Assembly: GCA_040905905.1 (NCBI GenBank)
Contig: JBBDQN010000057.1
Coordinates: 165 to 64,164 of the forward strand
Direction: 5' to 3'
Source: Acidimicrobiia bacterium
GTDB lineage: Bacteria; Actinomycetota; Acidimicrobiia; Spongiisociales; ZC4RG35
DNA length: 64,000 bases
Of the stretch, positions 44,401 to 52,735 are shown piece after piece (within the stretch, counting starts at the first letter, position 1; the number at the start of each line of letters is the position of its first letter). The translations under genes were made by a program, and so were the position numbers. The notes under the pieces were generated by a model. It worked only from the letters and a program-made list of their open reading frames with translations. It did no database searches and was not told the origin of the DNA.

Positions 44401-45609
44401 ATGAATCGGATTCAAACCCCGCGGCGCCGCGGCAACCGCGACACCCTGCTGGCATTGTTGGCATCGAATCGCATCGATCGTCGCCAGTTCCTCAAGCGAG
44501 TGGGAGCAGGTGGCGTTCTCATGTTGGGCGGCCCGGCGCTGCTGGCCGCCTGCGGGGGCGAGACCGGGGGCACCACCGGCCCCGGCGGCGATACCAACCA
44601 GCTTTTCGTCGACAACTGGATCGAGTACATCGACCTGGCCGAAGACGGCACCAACCCGACCATCGACAAGTTCACCGCCGACACCGGCATCTCGGTCACC
44701 TATACCGAAGGCGTCAACTCCAACGAGGATTGGTTCGGTAAGTACCAGCCGCAATTGGCGGCGGGTCAACCCCTCGGAATCGACCTGACCGTGCTCACCG
44801 ACTACATGGCGGCCCGGATGATCCGGCTGGGGTACGTCGAAACCCTTGATCACGCCAACATTCCCAACATGTCCAATCTGGCGGCCGCGCTCCAGAGTCC
44901 CGACTTTGACCCCAATCGCGACTACACCCTGCCCTGGCAATCCGGCTTTACCGGTATCGGATATGACATCGAGTTGACCGGCCGCGAGATCACCAGTCTC
45001 GAGGATCTGCTTGACCCGGCATTTGCGGGCAGGGTGGGCCTGTTGGAGGGATACAACGACACTGTGCCCCTGTTCCTGTTGATGGAGGGCAAAGATCCAG
45101 CCACAGCCTCGGTAGACGAGTACGTCGCCGCCGCCGGCCGAATCGGGGAAGCCGTCTCCTCGGGCCAGGTTCGCCAGATCTACGGCAACGATTACCTCGA
45201 CGCGTTACTGGCCGGCGATCTCGCGGTGGCATTGGCCTGGTCGGGCGACATCGTCGTCAACCAGGAGAGTGTTCCGTCGTTGCGATGGTCCTTCCCTCAG
45301 GAGGGGTTCATGATCTGGAACGACAACATGATCGTGCCCAAGGGGGCGGCCAACAAAGCCGGCGCCGAGGCGTGGATGAACCACTACTACGCTCCGGATA
45401 TCGCTGCCGAGTTGGCCGCATACATCTGGTACGTTTCCCCAGTTAGCGGTGCCCGCGAGGCGGTTGCTGCCATCGACCCGACCTTGGCCGATGAGCCGCT
45501 CATCTTTCCCACGGCCGAGCTACTGGCTAATTCCCACATTGTCCGGGCGTTCACGGAAGAAGAGGAGGCGATCGTCAACGTGGCCGTAGCCGAAGCTGCC
45601 GGGGTCTGA
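44401..45609 (+). CDS. Polyamine (spermidine/putrescine) ABC transporter substrate-binding protein with a twin-arginine signal, PotD/PotF-like.
   Basis: The ATG at 44401 is preceded by AAGGAG. RRQFLKRVGAGG is a Tat motif, followed by the lipobox-like LLAAC. SBP_bac_8-like body. Confidence 0.8.
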   Translation: MNRIQTPRRRGNRDTLLALLASNRIDRRQFLKRVGAGGVLMLGGPALLAACGGETGGTTGPGGDTNQLFVDNWIEYIDLAEDGTNPTIDKFTADTGISVTYTEGVNSNEDWFGKYQPQLAAGQPLGIDLTVLTDYMAARMIRLGYVETLDHANIPNMSNLAAALQSPDFDPNRDYTLPWQSGFTGIGYDIELTGREITSLEDLLDPAFAGRVGLLEGYNDTVPLFLLMEGKDPATASVDEYVAAAGRIGEAVSSGQVRQIYGNDYLDALLAGDLAVALAWSGDIVVNQESVPSLRWSFPQEGFMIWNDNMIVPKGAANKAGAEAWMNHYYAPDIAAELAAYIWYVSPVSGAREAVAAIDPTLADEPLIFPTAELLANSHIVRAFTEEEEAIVNVAVAEAAGV

Positions 45610-46703
45610 TGAGACCGAGTGCGGTTACAACCAACGATGGTGTCCCGGCGGTCGAGTTAGACAGCATCACCAAGCGGTTCGTTGACTTCACCGCGGTCGA
45701 GGATCTCAACCTCCAGATCGATGACGGTCATTTCTTCGCGCTGTTGGGTCCCTCTGGATGCGGGAAAACGACCACGTTGCGGATGATCGGAGGATTTGAG
45801 GAGCCCACCTCCGGGGTGATCCGTCTGCATGGCGAGGATGTCACCGGGCTCAAGCCGTACAAACGACCGGTGAATACCGTTTTCCAGAGCTATGCGCTCT
45901 TCCCCCATCTGACCATCTTCGAAAACATCGCCTTTGGCTTGCGCAGGCAGGGAGTCGACGACGCCGACGTGACCAAGCGGGTGGGAGACGTTCTGGAACT
46001 CGTGCAACTCACGGGTCGCGATCGCCAACGGCCCCGGCAACTGTCGGGTGGCCAACAACAGCGAGTGGCCGTAGCCCGGGCCTTAGTCAACCATCCCCGG
46101 GTGTTGTTGCTCGATGAGCCCCTTGGAGCCCTCGACCTGAAACTTCGCAAAGAGATGCAGATAGAGCTGAAACGGATCCAACAGGAGGTCGGGGTCACCT
46201 TTATCCATGTCACGCACGATCAGGAGGAGGCCATGACCATGGCCGACACCATCGCCGTGATGCACGGCGGCAGGATCGAGCGAATGGGGGGGCCGACTGA
46301 GATCTACGAAGATCCCAAGACCGAATTTGTCGCCGGTTTCCTGGGTGCCTCCAATCTGATGGGCGGCCGTCTCGAAGGCAACCGGGTGGGATTGGTGGGA
46401 GGGACCGTCGTCCATCTCACCGCGGCGGCCGCCGCCAACCAGGCGGGGGCCGTCAACATCGGGGTACGGCCCGAGAAGATCCGGCTACACGCTCCCAACG
46501 ACGAAACCGCCGCCCCCAACCGACTGGCGGGCAAGGTCACTGACGCCAGCTTCATCGGAGTCAGTACTCACTATCGGATCATGAATCCGGATCTCGGGGA
46601 GCTGGCGGTGGTTGTGCAGAACCTGGACGACCGCCGATTTGCCCTCGGCGAAGATGTGGTCGCGGCCTGGCAACCCGAGCACACCTTTGTGGTTTCGCCT
46701 TGA
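45609..46703 (+). CDS. potA: Polyamine ABC transporter ATP-binding protein (PotA-like).
   Basis: [26 protein letters not shown] and LLLDEPLGALD, plus a C-terminal TOBE-like domain. Confidence 0.9.
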   Translation: MRPSAVTTNDGVPAVELDSITKRFVDFTAVEDLNLQIDDGHFFALLGPSGCGKTTTLRMIGGFEEPTSGVIRLHGEDVTGLKPYKRPVNTVFQSYALFPHLTIFENIAFGLRRQGVDDADVTKRVGDVLELVQLTGRDRQRPRQLSGGQQQRVAVARALVNHPRVLLLDEPLGALDLKLRKEMQIELKRIQQEVGVTFIHVTHDQEEAMTMADTIAVMHGGRIERMGGPTEIYEDPKTEFVAGFLGASNLMGGRLEGNRVGLVGGTVVHLTAAAAANQAGAVNIGVRPEKIRLHAPNDETAAPNRLAGKVTDASFIGVSTHYRIMNPDLGELAVVVQNLDDRRFALGEDVVAAWQPEHTFVVSP

Positions 46704-47599
46704 CGGCGATCGCAGCTCCTACCCCGGTGAATCCAATCGCCGCGGCGGCAGCCAGGCGCCGCCGGCGCGTTCCCTATCTGCTGCTGCTGCCCGGTCTGCT
46801 CTATCTTTTTGTGTTCTATCTGATTCCGCTGATCAGTCTCGGACGGATGGCACTCCAGAGCGGCAACCTGCAAGCGGGGTACGAGCTGACGTGGCAGTGG
46901 GCGAATTTCTTGCAGGTATTCACCACCTATCGGCCCCAGTTGTTGCGCTCGCTCGGATATTCGGTTGGAGCCACCCTCATCACGCTGGCGCTTGGTTATC
47001 CCTTGGCATACGCCATCGCTTTCCGCGGCGGTCGCTGGAAGAACCTGCTTCTAGTCCTGTTGCTGATGCCCTTCCTGGTGCCGTTCCTACTGCGAACCCT
47101 GGCCTGGCGGATCATCCTCGCCGATCAGGGACTGGTGGTTGAGACCCTTAAGACGATCGGGATCCTGCCCGACGCGAATGGGCGGTTGCTGGCGACCGGA
47201 TGGGCCGTGATTGCCGGGTTGGTCTACGCATTTCTTCCCTTCATGACCCTCCCCATCTATGTGGCCCTGGAGAAGATCGATCGGTCACTGTTGGAGGCCT
47301 CAGGTGACCTCTATGCCACGCCTGCCACCGCCTTCTTCAAGGTGACCTGGCCTTTGTCGCTCACCGGTGTGATCTCCGGAACCCTTTTGACGGCGATCCC
47401 GGCGGCGGGCGATTACATCAACTCGCAACTTCTCGGTAGCCCTGCTCAGACAATGATGGGCAACGTGGTGGAGAGCAAGTTCCTATCCATCATCGACTAC
47501 CCGTCAGCTGCCGCAATCTCGCTCACCTTGATGTTGGCGATTGTGGTGGCGGTTGTCCTCTATGTTCGCTCCGTAGGCTCCGAGGAGTTGATCGCATGA
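46700..47599 (+). CDS. Polyamine ABC transporter permease (PotB-like).
   Basis: Six TM segments and an EAA loop (EASGDLYATPATAFFKVTWP). Confidence 0.85.
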   Translation: MTAIAAPTPVNPIAAAAARRRRRVPYLLLLPGLLYLFVFYLIPLISLGRMALQSGNLQAGYELTWQWANFLQVFTTYRPQLLRSLGYSVGATLITLALGYPLAYAIAFRGGRWKNLLLVLLLMPFLVPFLLRTLAWRIILADQGLVVETLKTIGILPDANGRLLATGWAVIAGLVYAFLPFMTLPIYVALEKIDRSLLEASGDLYATPATAFFKVTWPLSLTGVISGTLLTAIPAAGDYINSQLLGSPAQTMMGNVVESKFLSIIDYPSAAAISLTLMLAIVVAVVLYVRSVGSEELIA

Positions 47600-48384
47600 A
47601 GTGGCGGCGCGCCCTCCTGCCGATCTATCTGGTGGCGGCCCTTACCTACATGTTCATACCGGTCATGGTGGTGATCGCTTTCTCCTTCAATGACAACCAG
47701 GGCCGTTTCAACGTTGTCTGGCAGGGGTTCACCCTCAAACACTGGCTCGACCCCTTCGCCGACCCGGGGATCATCGAGGCCCTTGGAGTGAGCCTGGTGA
47801 TTGCGCTGCTGGCGGCAGCGGTGGCGACCGTCCTTGGCACCCTGATCGCTCTCGCCCTGGCGAGGTACAACTTCAAAGGTCGGTCGGCCACCAACGTCTT
47901 GTTGTTCTTCCCCATGGCGACGCCTGAAGTGGTCATGGGCTCGTCGCTCCTGGGGCTCTTCGTGGCGCTCAGGGTGGGAACTGGCTTTCTGACAGTTCTC
48001 CTGGCGCACGTGCTCTTTATCATTTCGTATGCGGTGGCCACGGTCCGCGCCCGCATCGTCGGCTTCGACCGACACCTCGAAGAGGCAGCGATGGATCTGT
48101 ACGCCAATGAATGGGATACCTTCAGGAAGGTCACCCTGCCCATGATCATGCCCGGTGTGTTTGCCGCCTTTCTCCTCGGGTTCGCGCTGTCGGTGGACGA
48201 CTTCATCGTGACCAACTTCACCTCGGGGTCAATTCAGACCTTCCCGGTCTACGTTTGGGGGGCGGCCCGCCGCGGAATACCGCCCCAGGTCAACGTGGTC
48301 GGGACGGCGCTGTTCATCATCACCGTCTCAGCGATGTTGTTCTATCTCCGCTGGCAGCGCCGGAGCGCCCTCAAGAAGGCCTAA
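47596..48384 (+). CDS. Polyamine ABC transporter permease (PotC-like).
   Basis: Six TM segments and an EAA loop (EAAMDLYANEWDTFRKVTLP). Confidence 0.85.
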   Translation: MKWRRALLPIYLVAALTYMFIPVMVVIAFSFNDNQGRFNVVWQGFTLKHWLDPFADPGIIEALGVSLVIALLAAAVATVLGTLIALALARYNFKGRSATNVLLFFPMATPEVVMGSSLLGLFVALRVGTGFLTVLLAHVLFIISYAVATVRARIVGFDRHLEEAAMDLYANEWDTFRKVTLPMIMPGVFAAFLLGFALSVDDFIVTNFTSGSIQTFPVYVWGAARRGIPPQVNVVGTALFIITVSAMLFYLRWQRRSALKKA

Positions 48385-49292
48385 GTCGTGGGCGTCACCG
48401 GCACGGCGTGACGGTGCCACCGACGCCAGGCCAGCCAAGCGATCCCCGCGATGGGGCCAACTGTTATGACCAAGATGGGCAGCACGTTGAGAACGAACCG
48501 GATCAGGAAGTCGGCAACGGCTTGCAGCGCCTGGATCGTGTCACGCAGCGCTCCTTTGGCAACCGTCAATGGCTCCCAGGCCGGTTCCCCGACGATCGGA
48601 GCCGAAGCCGGTGAGGGACTGATCCCGATCTCAAGTGTGGCCATCGCCACTAGGTTCTCTAGGAGCTGTTTACGACCCTCGAGCCGTTCGATTTCACCGC
48701 GGGTTTGCCGGATCTGATCGAAGACTTGAAGGAGCTTGGAGGGATCGGCGTCTTCGTTGTCGCGGAGCTCGGCAAGCAGTGCCAGCAACTCTGTCTCCAG
48801 GGCCTCGAGGTTGCGTAGCTGGGCTTGGATGTCGACGAACTCTTCGGTCACGTCCTGGCTCGACAACGACTCGCTCACGACCCTGTCAGCCTCCTGTCGG
48901 ATCGCCGTCAGGGTGGCGGTCAGCCGATCGGCCGGGACCCGCACCGTCATCGAGATGAACGGCTGGTCATCATCGTCTTCGACCTCCTGCACGGTTGCCG
49001 CCGCCACGAAGCCACCGGATCCTTGCACCAGGGCCGTGAGCCGGTCGAAGACCAACCGGGTCTTGGCAGCCTCGAGTTGCATGCTGGCGTCGTAGATCAC
49101 TTTGCGGTCGATCGGGGGGACGACACCGACGTCGTATTCATCAAAGTCTGCACGGGCGAAGCCAGCGCCGGTTTCTTCCGCTGCGGCTGTCGTGGTTGCG
49201 GCTGCCTGGCTCGTCGTGGTGGTGGCGGCTCCTTGTGCACACGCCGCCAACGTCAATACAGACATCATCAACAAGGCGATACGCCTTTTCAT
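48381..49292 (-). CDS. DUF4349-like lipoprotein with a coiled-coil region and a C-terminal TM anchor.
   Basis: I trimmed the start to the ATG at 49292, with AAGGAGG 6 nt upstream. MKRRIALLMMSVLTLAAC lipobox. Central EEFVDIQAQLRNLEALETELLALL coiled coil. C-terminal TM helices. The family assignment is tentative. Confidence 0.55.
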   Translation of the reverse strand: MKRRIALLMMSVLTLAACAQGAATTTTSQAAATTTAAAEETGAGFARADFDEYDVGVVPPIDRKVIYDASMQLEAAKTRLVFDRLTALVQGSGGFVAAATVQEVEDDDDQPFISMTVRVPADRLTATLTAIRQEADRVVSESLSSQDVTEEFVDIQAQLRNLEALETELLALLAELRDNEDADPSKLLQVFDQIRQTRGEIERLEGRKQLLENLVAMATLEIGISPSPASAPIVGEPAWEPLTVAKGALRDTIQALQAVADFLIRFVLNVLPILVITVGPIAGIAWLAWRRWHRHAVPVTPTT

Positions 49293-49385
49293 TTGCTCCT
49301 CCTTGGGGAGGCGGCGTTGCCTGCGACGACCACGCCGCTGACAGTTCGACGCCGGCGGTGGGGCAGAGGTTCCTGAGAAACCCCA

Positions 49386-49445
49386 TTTTGGTTCGGACGA
49401 TCGACACCAGGGGAGCAGAACTACGCGCCAGAACGGAAGGGTCTT
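49386..49445. repeat. A 60-bp direct repeat, copy A. It lies non-coding, 10-34 bp upstream of the DUF559 gene start, and is 59/60 identical to copy B.
   Basis: TTTTGGTTCGGACGATCGACACCAGGGGAGCAGAACTACGCGCCAGAACGGAAGGGTCTT read directly. Confidence 0.9.
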
Positions 49446-49478
49446 CCCTTTGAGGTGGGGTTCCGCCACGGTCGCGCC

Positions 49479-50450
49479 ATGAATGATGCGCGAGAGGTGA
49501 TCGTGGGTTTGTCGGAGCTTCAACATGGAGTAGTCAACCGGAAGCAGCTGCACCAATCGGGAGTTGGTTCTCGGGCGCTGCGCCATCAGATCGAGTCTGG
49601 GTTCATCGAACCAATGTCACCCCAGGTCTTGCGACTGGTCGGCAGTCCCAGGACCGATGCCCATCTAGCGATGGCCGGCGTGCTTGACGCTCCTGGCACC
49701 GCGTACCTGTCTCATGTGGCGGCCGCGGCGTGGTGGAGGATCCCCGGATTCGATCTCAAGCCACCAATCGAGGTTGTCATACCCTGGCAAGGCACCAATC
49801 GCAGGACCCGACTCGCCCAGGTCCACTATCACCGGGGTCTTCCACCTGAACACCTCGCCACCCTCGCGGGCATTCCCGTCGTCTCCCCGGCTCTCCTCAT
49901 TTTCCTTCTGGCCGGGACCGAGGCTACCGGTCGAGCCGAAAGAGCTCTGGATCATGCTCTGTCGATGCGGATCCTGAAACTTCGAACAATGCACGATTTG
50001 CTCAAACAGCTCGGGGCCCGAGGCCGCGATGGCATTACGGCGGTTCGTTGCATGCTTGCTGTCAGACCACCAGACTATGTGGCGCCGCAAAGTGGGCTCG
50101 AGTCGCGGGTGGAGCGTTTGGCTCTGGACGTTGGAGTCCAGCTCCGCCGACAGGTCGATGTAGGGGATGATCTGGGTTGGATTGGACGGGTCGACTACGA
50201 ACTCGACGACTGCACTGACGTGATCGAGGTTTTATCCGACCGCTACCACTCCGCTCTGCTTGACCGCACCGCCGACTCGATCCGCTTCGCCCGTCTGCAA
50301 GCGTCAGGTCGCCGGCTGCTCACGATCTGGGACCACGATGTCTGGTCGCGACCAGAAGAGGTTCGCCACCAAATCCACCTGTTTTGGCTCGGACGATCGA
50401 CACCAGGGGAGCAGAACTACGCGCCAGAACGGAAGGGTCTTGGGGTCTAA
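49479..50450 (+). CDS. AbiEi_4-like N-terminal domain + DUF559 (Vsr-like endonuclease fold) C-terminal domain protein.
   Basis: N-terminus GVVNRKQLHQSGVGSRALRHQIESGFIE. C-terminus ESRVERLALDVGVQLRRQVDV...VDYELDDCTDVIEVLSDRYH...IRFARLQASGRRLLTIWDHDVW. ATG 49479 preferred; the track start is GTG 49455. Confidence 0.7.
   Translation: MNDAREVIVGLSELQHGVVNRKQLHQSGVGSRALRHQIESGFIEPMSPQVLRLVGSPRTDAHLAMAGVLDAPGTAYLSHVAAAAWWRIPGFDLKPPIEVVIPWQGTNRRTRLAQVHYHRGLPPEHLATLAGIPVVSPALLIFLLAGTEATGRAERALDHALSMRILKLRTMHDLLKQLGARGRDGITAVRCMLAVRPPDYVAPQSGLESRVERLALDVGVQLRRQVDVGDDLGWIGRVDYELDDCTDVIEVLSDRYHSALLDRTADSIRFARLQASGRRLLTIWDHDVWSRPEEVRHQIHLFWLGRSTPGEQNYAPERKGLGV
50382..50441. repeat. A 60-bp direct repeat, copy B. 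It forms the last 20 codons of the DUF559 gene (FWLGRSTPGEQNYAPERKGL).
   Basis: TTTTGGCTCGGACGATCGACACCAGGGGAGCAGAACTACGCGCCAGAACGGAAGGGTCTT. It has one mismatch to copy A, and the spacing between copies is 996 bp. Confidence 0.9.
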
Positions 50451-51466
50451 ACTCCGGCCGCTCGTTCGGCCATGCCGTTGAGGATCTCGAGGACCACCCG
50501 GTTGGCCAAGTAGGCGGTTATCTCGCCGGGGCCGTCATAGGGGGGCGATACCTCGACTACGTCGGCACCTATCACGTTGAGCTCTCTACCCAGCCTGCGG
50601 ACCGTGTCGAGGATCTGGCGAGAGGTGAGCCCGCCGGGCTCGGGGGTGCCGGTGCCGGGGGCGAAACCCGGATCCACCACGTCTATGTCGACCGAAATGA
50701 ACACTCCCTTGGCGCCTCCACCAATGGCAAAGTCGACCGCCTCGTCGACAACTGTGCGAAGGCCACGATCTTCGATCTCGTTCATCATGTAGCTGCGCAT
50801 CTTCTGGGTCTTCATCCAGGCCATCACGTGCGGCTCCGGCCAGTAGCCACGAAGCCCGATCTGGACGAAGCGGTGACCGGGAACCGCTCCCGACTCGATC
50901 AGACGTCGCATCGGAGTGCCGTGTCCGTAGAGCTGGCCGTTCTGGAGCTCGCCGGTGTCGGCGTGGGCGTCGAAGTGGATCAGTGCCACCTCACCAAAAC
51001 CAAACGCGCGCGCCACACCTGTGGCGTTCGAGAAGGTGACGGTGTGGTCGCCGCCGAGCACGATCGGAACCTTGCCCGCTCGTGCCACCGTCTCCACAGT
51101 GTCGGTGATCCGCTCCAAAGAGAGCTCAATGTTGCCCGGGACGACGTAGACATCGCCGATGTCGACCACTTTGAGCAATCGCAGCGGGTCGATGCCTGTG
51201 GGGAGATGAGGCCGGTACCCGTCCATCGCCCCGTAGTCGGCTTCGCGGATTGCGGCCGGGCCAAACCGGGCACCGGGGCGGTAGGTAGTGCCCCAGTCGA
51301 AGGGAGCACCAAGGATCACAACACCGGCGTCGTCTATCTCGTCCAGCCGACGGGCGGGGACCCCGAGGAAGGAATTGCGGGAGGCAAACGAGACGTACTC
51401 GGCCGAAGCAAAGGGTATTTCGGAGGCCCTTTTCTCGTATGGAACCGAAACCGGGTCGTGCTGCAT
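50447..51466 (-). CDS. speB: Agmatinase / ureohydrolase (arginase family).
   Basis: Mn-binding motifs GGDHTVT, DAHADT and SVDIDVVDP. Sharper substrate assignment (agmatine vs guanidinobutyrate etc.) is not possible from the sequence. Confidence 0.8.
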   Translation of the reverse strand: MQHDPVSVPYEKRASEIPFASAEYVSFASRNSFLGVPARRLDEIDDAGVVILGAPFDWGTTYRPGARFGPAAIREADYGAMDGYRPHLPTGIDPLRLLKVVDIGDVYVVPGNIELSLERITDTVETVARAGKVPIVLGGDHTVTFSNATGVARAFGFGEVALIHFDAHADTGELQNGQLYGHGTPMRRLIESGAVPGHRFVQIGLRGYWPEPHVMAWMKTQKMRSYMMNEIEDRGLRTVVDEAVDFAIGGGAKGVFISVDIDVVDPGFAPGTGTPEPGGLTSRQILDTVRRLGRELNVIGADVVEVSPPYDGPGEITAYLANRVVLEILNGMAERAAGV

Positions 51467-51553
51467 TGGCCGATAACGCTAACCCGAAGGAGACCGGAAA
51501 TTGCTGTTGGGTGCGTCACCCGTCGAGGTTGTCTCAATAGTCTGCTTTGAGGA

Positions 51554-52735
51554 GTGCAAGCACCACAGGGGATAGAGACTTCGCTGGGATCAACGGCCGG
51601 TTCTAATCGGCGCGGGCAAGTCTTTACCTTGTTGTTGTGGGGTTTGGTGGCAACGCTCTATTTCACAAGCCCTTTCCTACTGGTGGTTCTCGGGTGGTTC
51701 CAGGAGCCTTTTTCCGACCTGGGCGGAGGCGACAGGGTTTCCCACCGGGTCCATGAGATTCTTTTTGGTGTGACCTTTGCCCAGGTGATGGCCGGGGCGA
51801 TCAGTCAGCTCCTGCGGCCCCGACAGTGGTCAGCAGGGATGCTGCAAACACTGATCGCTATCGCCGCTTTCGTGTTGGTCCTGGCGGCGGTAGGCAGAAG
51901 GGAATGGCTCGGAGTTCTGTTTCTGTCCCTGGCGGGCGCCGCCGCTTGGCTGCATCCAGCCGGGAGAGAACTCTGGCGTGGTCGATGGCGACCGAGCCCG
52001 TTTCTCCTTGTGTTGGCTGTCGCCGGGGTAATGCCGTGGGTATCAGTGGCTGAAGCGAACCTCCTCAAGGCTCAGCTTGAAGCAGCGGACCACCTGACTC
52101 ATTGGGGTGGGGTGGCAACGTTTGCAGTGGTGCAGTTGCTCCTGGCTTTCCTGGCGGCAATGCGTCCCCCGGGCTTTCGTTTGGTCGCAGCCTCGGTGGG
52201 AGCAGCCGGCCTTATCTACTTCGCGGCATCCCAGCTCTTTCCGTTTGATGCTTCCGCCGAACCTCTGACCTTTTCTCCGTGGCTCTTGTTGTGGTCGTTG
52301 GCATGGATGGCCATTCCGTTTCTGCCGGAGGAGAAACGCCGGAGAGTGGGCTGGCCCCGGTTGGTTAGGGGGGGCCTGGCTGGGCTCGGGCTCATGATCC
52401 TGATCCTGGGAGGAACAATCGCCGGCGCAGACGAGGAATCCAACATCCCTCATGGACTCTCTGTCGATTACACCGCGGCGGATCGGCTGACTTGCCTTGA
52501 ATGCCACGCCACGGCATTAAAAGGCGCCACCGTCATTCCCCACGAGTTGGGGAGAATCTGCGAGGGAGACGTCTGCTGGGACGGTCGCAGTGACTGCATG
52601 GGCTGTCACCGGTATGACCCGTCCTTGATCGCCGCGGCGTCCCTACCCGTCATGGAAACAACAACGGGCGTACGCCAGGGTGGGATTGGCTTGCTGGCCG
52701 ATCAGGTGCTCGCCCTGAGACGTTATGGCCGTTGA
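51554..52735 (+). CDS. Polytopic membrane protein with a C-terminal extracytoplasmic segment carrying two CXXCH haem-c binding motifs.
   Basis: About 8 predicted TM helices. The C-terminus carries CLECH and CMGCH within 45 aa. GTG start at 51554; the start is uncertain. Confidence 0.5.
   Translation: MQAPQGIETSLGSTAGSNRRGQVFTLLLWGLVATLYFTSPFLLVVLGWFQEPFSDLGGGDRVSHRVHEILFGVTFAQVMAGAISQLLRPRQWSAGMLQTLIAIAAFVLVLAAVGRREWLGVLFLSLAGAAAWLHPAGRELWRGRWRPSPFLLVLAVAGVMPWVSVAEANLLKAQLEAADHLTHWGGVATFAVVQLLLAFLAAMRPPGFRLVAASVGAAGLIYFAASQLFPFDASAEPLTFSPWLLLWSLAWMAIPFLPEEKRRRVGWPRLVRGGLAGLGLMILILGGTIAGADEESNIPHGLSVDYTAADRLTCLECHATALKGATVIPHELGRICEGDVCWDGRSDCMGCHRYDPSLIAAASLPVMETTTGVRQGGIGLLADQVLALRRYGR

Noticed and set aside
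50384-51550. Track ORF 50384..51550, starting MARTIDTRGAELRARTEG and sharing that peptide with ORF 49196..49453.
   Set aside because: The shared peptide is the 60-bp direct repeat read in a non-genic frame. The rest of the ORF is antisense to the well-supported agmatinase gene. It is not an independent paralogous gene.
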